Below, in pieces: positions 54,801 through 61,500 of a stretch of DNA of 64,000 nt (its first letter is position 1; the number at the start of each line of letters is the position of its first letter). The notes beneath the pieces are model-generated. The model was not told the DNA's origin. It did not search any database and saw only the letters and a program-made list of their open reading frames with translations. Made by a program: the position numbers and the translations under genes. This DNA is from Pseudomonadota bacterium (GTDB lineage: Archaea > Thermoplasmatota > SW-10-69-26 > JACQPN01 > JAJPHT01): the NCBI GenBank assembly GCA_021325135.1, contig JAJPHT010000014.1, positions 32,001 through 96,000 of the forward strand. The letters are read 5' to 3'.

Positions 54801-57800
54801 GCCCGCGCGCCGCAGATGCGCTTCCTCGACGCGACCCCCGGCCCGCAGTACCGCGTCGAGGCCGTGCGCGAGCGCCCCGTGAGCGCCGGGTCCAACGCGC
54901 TCCCCTGGACCATCACCGAAAGCCCGTGGACGAACGCGGCCGCGCCCGACCTCCCCGGCCCGGTCACGGGCCTGCGCGCCTTCGGCGCCGAGGGCGCCAT
55001 CCGCCTCGCGTGGAGGCCCGCCCCCGGAGCGGAGGGCTACGTCGTGCTGCGCAACCTCACCGAGGACGCCTCGACCTTCGGCGCCGTCGGCTCCCCCCTG
55101 GGGCCCGACGCCACCACGTTCCTCGACCAGGTGGACGGCGCCGGCACCATGTCCGACGTCCGCTACACGTACCAGGTCGTCGCGACGGACTCCCTGGGAA
55201 GCCGCAGCCTCCTCCCCTCGCTCCCCGTCTCGGCCCTCGCGGCCCCCGGCGAGAAGGTCACCCTGACGCTCCAGGGCGCCACCGCAGACTACGGCATCGT
55301 GGACAACCTCTCGCTGGGCGGCGCGCAGGTGGGCGCCATCCGCTGGGCCACGCCCTCGCAGGTGCCCGACGGAAGCTATCTCCTCACCACGCGCCTGGAG
55401 GACGCGCGCCACGCCGTCGCGCAGACGCAGACGCCCGTCCTCCTGGATGGCACGCCGCCCGTGACCTCCATCGGCCTCCCCGCCCTCGTGGGCAACGCCC
55501 GCCAGGTGGCGGGCGGCCTGAGCGTGCCCCTCACCATCAAGGAGTCCGGCAGCGGCCTCGCGGCCGTCGCGCTCTACGCGCAGGTGGGCGACGGCCCCTG
55601 GAAGACCGTGGGTCCCATCAGCCCCTCGCAGTTCCGCTTCGACGGGACCGCCTACGTGGGCGACGCCGTCGTGCCCGGGATCATCGACGGCCAGACCGTG
55701 CGCCTCATCGCCGCCGCGCAGGACGTCGCCGGCAACGTCGAGGGCCTGACGCGCGCCGTCCCGTGGACCCCCGACGTGACCGACGGCCTGGACGACCTCC
55801 TCGCCGCGGGCGCCGCGACCACCGTCCGCACCGACTTCCAGGTCCCCAGCGGCAGCGCGTCCCCCATGCTCGTCTTCGTCCGGCCCAACGCCACCGTCCA
55901 CCTGGAGATGACGGCGAAGGACGTCGGCAGCGGCGTCGCCTCCGTCGTCGCCGACATGGGCATCGCCACGGTGCACCTCGCGCCCCACGGCAGCGCGTGG
56001 GGCGGCAACTTCGTCGCGCACGACACCTGCCAGTGCCCCGTCAACTTCATCGTGCAGGACCAGGCCGGCAACACCGCCAAGGTCCCCGGCGGCATCATCG
56101 TCGTCGACAACAAGGCGCCCAACCTCACCGCCGCGCAGGTCTCCTTCCCCGGAGGTCGCGCGGTGGGCCTGCCCGGCGACATCGCGACCGTCCTGCTCTC
56201 GGTCGTCGACGAGAACGACAACAGGATCCCCCAGGGCGGGATCAACGTCACCCTCGACGCGCGCGCGTTCTCCAGCGCGGGGAGCGTCTCCGCGACCTAC
56301 GACGAGTCGCTGGGGAGCTACCGCGCGCAGTTCATCGTCGACCGCGCGCCCGCCGCCAACGCCACCCTCGTCGCGCGGCTCACGGACCCCGCGGGCAACG
56401 CCGCGAGCTACCCCATCAACCTCACGGTGAACGCCACGGGCGTCCCCTTCTCCTCGCCCGTCGCCGTCTCGCCCGGCAGGACCTCCGCGCGCTTCACGTG
56501 GACGACGCAGGACACCGCGCGCGGCCGCATCGAGTACGGCGCGGGCGACCAGTTGGGCGCCACGGCGGACGAGCCCGCCGACGCCACGCAGCACGACATC
56601 ACCATCACCGGCCTCGTGCCCTCCACCAACTACACGTTCCGCGCCATCGTCGTCTCCGCCGCGGGCGTGCAGACCGTCTCCGACGTCTCCACCTTCGAGA
56701 CGCTTCCGGGCATGAACGTCACCCTCGGGCGCGCCTCCTACCTCTCCAATGGGGCGCTCGTCGTCCCCGTCCACGTCGACACCTTCGGCGCCGAGGGCCA
56801 GCCCGCCATCGAGCTGACCCTCGTGCCGCCGCGCGGCTCGCCCACGGTGATCGCGGGCGCCCATGGCGTCGACGCCGCGCCCACGCTGGACCTCACCTCC
56901 TTCCGCGACGGCGAGTACCGCCTCTTCGCGACGGCCTCGATGAGCGGCCTCGCCGGCCAGAGCGCGACCTCGCGCCTCGTCCTCGACCGGACGCCGCCCC
57001 TCGTCTCGCTCAATAGCTCGCAGGTCCTCGTCGCGGGCAAGCTCCTCTCCTTCCAGGCCGTGGAGCGCGGCTCGGGCATCGACATCCTCAACGCCACCGT
57101 GACCGTGGGCGGCAACGACTGCCTGCCGTTCCTCCAGGGCGACACCGTCTCCTGCCGCGTCCCCGCGCTCCCCTCGGACGACTTCGCCGCCGTGGCCGTC
57201 CACGTCCCCGACCTCGCGGGCAACGCGCAGGACTTCGAGGTCCGCCTCCCCGTGGACTCCGTGGCGCCCGCCCTCGCCAACGCCACCCTCGTGGGCGACG
57301 GCGGCACCGACGTCATCCGCCCCGGCGGCCAGGCCACCATCGGCGTGGACGCCAGCGACCTCACCCTGCGCAGCGTCGTCGTGGACCTCACGCCGCTGGG
57401 CGGCTCCGCCGCGGAGCCCATGCTTCCTGTGGGAGGCCACCACTACCAGGCGACGTTGAGCATCCCGCCCACGCTCCCCCTGGGCTCCCTCGCGTTCGTC
57501 ATCCGGGCCACCGACGGCGCCAACGGCACGAGCCAGGCCACCGTCCTCGCCTCCGTCGACGCGCTGGCGCCCAGCGTCGTGGGCACCGAGACCGTCACGG
57601 CCAACCAGGAGCCCGGCGCGGCCGTCCTCCAGGTCGCGGCCTCCGAGCCCGTGCGCATCGAGGCGCAGGCGCGCGGCGCCGAAGGCCCCATCTGGCTCAA
57701 CGTCAGCGGCTTCTCCTCCCGCCTCTCGCTCCCCCTCACAGGCCTGCGCCCCGGCGCGCCCACCGACGTCGCGCTGACGCTCGTCGACCGCGCGGGCTGG

Positions 57801-58556
57801 CGCACCGTCGCCGTGGCCTCCGTCGTCGCGGCCGCCGACACGCAGGCGCCCGACATGCCCCTGGGCCTCCGCGTCGAGGACCAGGGCGACGGCCGCCTCG
57901 TCGTGGCCTGGACGCCCGCGAGCGACGACTTCGGCGTCGAAAGCTATCGCGTCGTCCGCACCGTCGCGGGCCAGGCGCCCGTGCTCCAGACCGCGCAGGA
58001 CGCCCGCCTCCTGGACAAGGCCCCCGTGGGCGTTGCCGTGCAGTACGCCGTCTCCGCCGTCGACTACGCGGGCAACGAAGGCCCCAAGGCCGAGGTGCAG
58101 GTCGTCCCCGCGCCCGTGCCCCACCTCTCGGGCGGCGCCGTCACGCCCCCGCTGGGCGGCCCCGGCCTCTTCGTGTTCACCGTCAACGTCACCGACGTCT
58201 CCGCGCAGCCGCCCGACGTGGAGGTCGTCGTCGACTCCGTCGCCCACGCCATGCATACCGACGCCAAGGACTGCCGCGCCGGGTGCGTCTACACGGCCGA
58301 GGTCAGCGTCGGCGCGGAGACCCTCACCTCGGGCGCGCACCACTATGCGTTCCGCGCCTCCCACGGCACGCTCCACGTCTCGTGGCCCGAAGGCGACGCC
58401 CTCGCCGGCCCCGACGTCGTCGCGAGCCTCGCGCCCAGCGTCGGCGCGCTGCGCGGCATCGCCCGCGCCCCCGGCCTCACCGTCTCGGCCGTCCTGATCA
58501 CCCTCGTGCTCGTCGGCGCCGCGGGCACGTACCTCCTCCGGAGGAACCGACGATGA
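48888..58556 (+). CDS. Giant cell-surface protein (3222 aa): helical N-region, >20 DxxGxDxY repeats, TSP3-like Ca loops, FN3/Ig-like domains, PGF-CTERM-like anchor
   Basis: VDLGGDDxY-type repeats; DSDGDGWPD; LNWTAP/LAWRP/VAWTP FN3 motifs; DxAGN Ig motifs; ends APG + TM + RRNRR. Confidence 0.88.
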   Translation: MLLSRTGGCPRELARSPLCALAAVLFTVGPLFLSPLAGAQSAPSSSVPSDPTLLKALAPWILGDNATRGTPQSVDALLASLGSSAPLLGAGGGGWPAYFKAYGLQPSASDQAALNRFALDNPSLSLIVERLAGDLAAAKDARDAAIPRLAPADADLLLRAAVALSAGDSSSVSPQAAALLSQVDLKRLDDAALALRNEGVAARDLVPQAKAADQSYQSALGAPLRSALGARDAGAVLAALGDGAEPLHTDLSFPQIVAVSARLHGLPTAPAVPALSPDLDAPLANVMAASLLAQSQPGKASAQRLTATLAVELPHLVRAAYNLSLAPPSTLSRLSGSATPALGAHGRDHSMQTLLGGVLGPATPTLASDATFTSGAQALHAAMGSPLTDLAAAQRAESTLGPTLSHAVGALLVAQADYQRDLSPSSPVPARARAADAAAAPLLAKGTPLSSRDLQTLDDAVSAHDALRALVALRTADVLAAADALRALDGASVPMQASTPFVYRDTMIVVTGPEQDHLTLRDVPLAPILFVDLGGDDIYDVPLAGVNGTALSPGLPLDSTSTRTSVAVDLGGNDLYRAVGPMTLGAAAGAGEAPTLALLVDAAGNDQYQGGPQTLGWGFDGFGLVLDATGDDDYNETGAPLVSAGTDLVSATAAGVLVDVQGNDSYHSADGFVRLLGENASQASLAALVDYSGQDLYDTVCPKSAKDACFVTPRPDAPGFVTGTGLFADFNGKNAYPRPGDPYLPSFQQGNNNYAFTTGERTAIVQSGPPDSTGLLYDNDGDLLPNVIDSTLLNGDPDNRCKPVCSVGLTDSDGDGWPDTAETLLGTDAHNPNEYPAQLPSVQELQPGSLLPSGTPGSQAGSNMLLDLPGDVAIGLPGATTYVKDYRLIVDLGLGQAGVDQVSTESGSDVYLDNVSWNGVTVDLGGDDRYQPPMVDGSQMPGMAASTGFPAILVDLQGNDRYLGTSRSEGYATGQDSFALLLDGGGNDRYEAPAGLSQGTSVDDGSAYLIDLGGDDTYLSPNQGYAGTDVAVGSVAVFADAAGKDTYDRGTTPTTWADVDSYQGVSPVATSVPVSTKGASAQPNANTVAAFLDLAGLDTYRARDEGGAILDFSAHKNDRMIARPLQDPRGGPVTVFLDTTVVGAAGPADSDGDLSPDAAEAIAGTDSQSSGSNPVGGTVGFLLDLPNLGIGVGSQVDTRFTQDYALSVDTGGRDTYLNHAGASTPRWGVALAVDAGSDADTYASSGLTNLSAFRPLISLGAGANVDGGAVDAGYGAAQGAGILGIGILEDAGGANTFDVSVDAPTCSACTVPVMGFAASQGAGILGVGVLEVGAGGNSFHATATAHSPPDDKVVPSAVARTVSQGAGVLGIGILAVEDPLKGDSYTLDARADGATPQNVTSGQGYGLRGVGVLLDDGGNNVFHAGQMAQGAADDDEATLPLATGINLITIGWTPDQLVRKSRDSVGLLLLPGAGDDTLDAASRSQAYAGFGGLAALVDANGDDVRTLTPDDGTPSMGQAAARANGIAILLDNRGDDRYISRAQHAPDDAQAFSDQGVALLVDASGSDTYSATDQAQGMIAPNPVLVNGLATPATALLPSDAFFVDRMGVDSYQMGYGNLGQGGVRAPSAPTTKEGVGVALFLDLGGMDAYAAALRGQTPLSEKQGSTVVVGPTSRPSDGNDWRWTSASGTNGEYQGLGVDDESVGDGVAALTSALSTTVGVGAEVAVKDPDTGANAPSPLHGNVQLVGHLGNGGSALKSSAQGVDRVEFRLDSLPLGRATIPSGDDFKLAWKSNATDINGDPRYADGERTLHAYVYLRAGTPAAADSTGRQQAVDAEPIPTEAQVLIDNPPVPRVPAIPSVLSTSRGEIEIPLRVDRDLETHTQCPACDPASVAAGPDDWAPAPTVDLLGDARGEAFCLAEDCAPTGVTAVLAQGKVYLNWTAPAEDLSSVKLYRVFRNDSGEARLIGSVDARAPQMRFLDATPGPQYRVEAVRERPVSAGSNALPWTITESPWTNAAAPDLPGPVTGLRAFGAEGAIRLAWRPAPGAEGYVVLRNLTEDASTFGAVGSPLGPDATTFLDQVDGAGTMSDVRYTYQVVATDSLGSRSLLPSLPVSALAAPGEKVTLTLQGATADYGIVDNLSLGGAQVGAIRWATPSQVPDGSYLLTTRLEDARHAVAQTQTPVLLDGTPPVTSIGLPALVGNARQVAGGLSVPLTIKESGSGLAAVALYAQVGDGPWKTVGPISPSQFRFDGTAYVGDAVVPGIIDGQTVRLIAAAQDVAGNVEGLTRAVPWTPDVTDGLDDLLAAGAATTVRTDFQVPSGSASPMLVFVRPNATVHLEMTAKDVGSGVASVVADMGIATVHLAPHGSAWGGNFVAHDTCQCPVNFIVQDQAGNTAKVPGGIIVVDNKAPNLTAAQVSFPGGRAVGLPGDIATVLLSVVDENDNRIPQGGINVTLDARAFSSAGSVSATYDESLGSYRAQFIVDRAPAANATLVARLTDPAGNAASYPINLTVNATGVPFSSPVAVSPGRTSARFTWTTQDTARGRIEYGAGDQLGATADEPADATQHDITITGLVPSTNYTFRAIVVSAAGVQTVSDVSTFETLPGMNVTLGRASYLSNGALVVPVHVDTFGAEGQPAIELTLVPPRGSPTVIAGAHGVDAAPTLDLTSFRDGEYRLFATASMSGLAGQSATSRLVLDRTPPLVSLNSSQVLVAGKLLSFQAVERGSGIDILNATVTVGGNDCLPFLQGDTVSCRVPALPSDDFAAVAVHVPDLAGNAQDFEVRLPVDSVAPALANATLVGDGGTDVIRPGGQATIGVDASDLTLRSVVVDLTPLGGSAAEPMLPVGGHHYQATLSIPPTLPLGSLAFVIRATDGANGTSQATVLASVDALAPSVVGTETVTANQEPGAAVLQVAASEPVRIEAQARGAEGPIWLNVSGFSSRLSLPLTGLRPGAPTDVALTLVDRAGWRTVAVASVVAAADTQAPDMPLGLRVEDQGDGRLVVAWTPASDDFGVESYRVVRTVAGQAPVLQTAQDARLLDKAPVGVAVQYAVSAVDYAGNEGPKAEVQVVPAPVPHLSGGAVTPPLGGPGLFVFTVNVTDVSAQPPDVEVVVDSVAHAMHTDAKDCRAGCVYTAEVSVGAETLTSGAHHYAFRASHGTLHVSWPEGDALAGPDVVASLAPSVGALRGIARAPGLTVSAVLITLVLVGAAGTYLLRRNRR

Positions 58557-61500
58557 AGATCCCAGCCCACCGCTCCGCCCTCCTGGTGCTCGCCATCCTG
58601 CTCCTGGAGCTGGTGCCCGCGACGAGCCTGGCCACCATGACCGACCCCGCGGGGGTCGTGCCCGTCCCCACGACCGGGGTCCCCATCGTCGACTCGACCC
58701 GCGAGGACATCCTCGCCCGCGAAGGCGCCGCCGTCGCCGCCCTCGACGCGCTCCTCGCGTCCAAGAACCTCTCCCCCGACACCGACCACCTCCCCACGAG
58801 CGCGTCGGTCATGGACGACCACGTGGACCCGGGCCAGCGCACGGGCGGCCTGGGCGACTGGCGCGTCCTGGGAGCGGGCTGGCGCGTCGGCGCCGGCGAA
58901 GGCTGGAACGGCACGAGCGGCTGGACCATGACCAACGCCTCCACCGGCAAGTACGACACCGTGTCCTCGTGGCTCATCTCCCCCGCGCTGGACCTCTCGG
59001 CCTACCCCCTCAACACCGGCACTTTTCCCCCTGCCCTCGACCCCGGCAACCCCAAGGGGACGCTGGACGCCGCGCTCAACCAGCTCTGCATCAACGCGCC
59101 CGTCTCGCAGGTGTCCATCCCCGCGTTCTGCGCGCCCACGAACGGCGCAAGCTCGGAGCCGGGCCTCCTCTCGACCCTCATCACCCTCGTGATGCGCCAC
59201 CGCTACAACTTCCCCGGCGACCTGGACGGCGGCCGCGTCGTGCTCTTCGACGCGGAGCCCTTCAGCAGCGGCGAGCCCCAAGTGCTCCTGCCGCTCCAGG
59301 GATCCTACGACCCCAATGGCGTCACGTCGCTGGGCGGCACCCTCGCCTTCTCGGGCTATCACGACTGGACCAACGAGTCGTTCGACCTCACCCCGTGGGC
59401 CGGCAAGAAGGTCTGGATCGGCTTCCAGGTGGCGACCTCGCCCCTGGCCTCGGCGGACCCCGACCACTTCTTCAACCCCGACAACTTCGCCCACGAGGCG
59501 CCCTACGGCTGGCAGCTGGACGACCTCCAGGTGCTCGCCCCCGCCTACCCGTTCAACCTCCGCGTCGAGTCCGCGCAGGGCCCCGCCTTCTCCGACGGCC
59601 TCGTCCCCACCTTCGCGCCGGGCGAGCAGGCCAACGTCAGCCCCTCCATCCTCTACGCCGGCGCCTCGCCGCGCATGACGCGCGCCGAGCTGAGCGTCAC
59701 GGGCCTGGGCGACCCCATTGATATCAAGATGGAGAAGGTCCTCCAGCCCGGCGAGGTCTGGAAGCCCACCGTCAACGGCACCGTGACCGACGAGGGCAGC
59801 GTCACGCTCACCGTGAACGCCTGGAACGTCGGGCCCGACGGCAACCTCGTTCTCCCCGACCCTGCGGGGCCCACCGGAGGGGACAGCTCGCGCAGCTTCA
59901 CCTTCCCCGTGAAGCTCGTGAGGGACTTCGCGCTCAACGTCTCCACCGACCGCGCCGTCGTGGACGAGGGCGCCGCCGTCGTCGCGAAGGCCAACGTCAC
60001 CAACCGCGGCAACGTCCCCCTCAGCATCACCCTCCAGCCCGACGAGGAGGGCCAGCCCCTCTCCGCCGTGCCCTTCTCGCCCCGCGTCCTCACGGTCCCC
60101 GTGGGCGGCTCCAACGAGACCACCTGGACCACCGCGTCGAGCACGCGCGGCGGGCACCTGATCCACGTCAACGCCACCGACGAGTCCGGCCTCAAGAAGC
60201 GCAGCGACGTCACCTACTACGTCCACGCCTCGCCTCCCCCCGTGTTCGACGTCCCCCCGTGGCCCGCCCAGGGCTGGGACGACAGCCTCACCACCTTCCC
60301 CGTCCCGCCCACCGACTCGTGGATGTGGGTCGCGTCGGCCTACTCCCCCTCCGGACAGGGCACCGACCCGGTCCTGCGCGCGCTCCCCCTTCCCGGCGCC
60401 ACCACGAGCGGCGGCCGCTTCACGGACCTGCGCCTCGACGTCCGCTACATGGCGACGCGCAACAAGGGCCCCGCCGCCATCGAGCTTGCGCAGCCCGAGC
60501 CCATCCAGACCAGCCGCCCCGCGGGCGTGGGCGTCAGCGTCACGACGCCCGCCTTCTGGTCCACGACGCTCCCCGTCCACGACCCGATCAACGACGTCTA
60601 CCTCTCCAGCGACTCCAACATGAGCTGGCAGGAGGCCCACCTCGCGGTGGACCCGCAGGAGTCCGCCGGATACGCCGGCGTCTGGTCCGCCAACGGCCCC
60701 GAGCTGCGCGTCATCCCCAAGATGGACCAGGGGGACAACAGCAACTTCAGCCGCTTCTTCCTGGACGACCTCGTGCTCAGCGGCGTGCCCCTGGGCGGGA
60801 ACGAGGCCGACCGCGTGGCCCTCGTCCACATCACCGGCGCGGAGCCCTACGTCTCTCCCAGTTCGACGCAGACCGGCACGAGCCTCACGAGCTCCAGCGT
60901 GACGCCCGCCCAGCCGAGCATCTGCGGATGGGAGAACCCCCCCGCCGGCCGAACGCCCTCCAATTGCTGGCGGCCCATGTCCAGCGACTCGGCGTTGGCG
61001 GCAGACACCGCGCCCACCGATCTCCATTGGCGCAGCGCCACCGGGAGCGGCGCGCAGTACCTCCTCCCCGACGGCACCCCCGCGCTCTTCTCCTACCAGG
61101 CGCCGCAGGGCTCGCCCCAGCCCAAGGCGGAGCGGCTGGTATCGCCGCCCATCCCCCTGGGCCGCATCGACGACCCCCTCCTCACCTTCGACCACGCGTA
61201 CTACTTCCCAGGCTATCCCGCCGACGGCCAGCAGACGATCCCCGGCGGGTACGACATCTTCCAGGTCGGCTACGTGGAGATGCAGTACCAGCTCGACGAC
61301 GGGACCTGGTCGCACTTCTATCGCCTCCAGCCCGAAGGGGGCTACAAGTCCCCCCTGGGGACCGGGCTCCAGGGGCAGCAGCGCCTGGCGCTGCCGACGA
61401 GCTATCAGGACACCGACGGGTTCCACTGGCCCGGCCCCTGCCTCACGTCGCTCTGCGACAGCGGAGGCTACTACGACAACCGCGACGCCGCGGGGCACAA

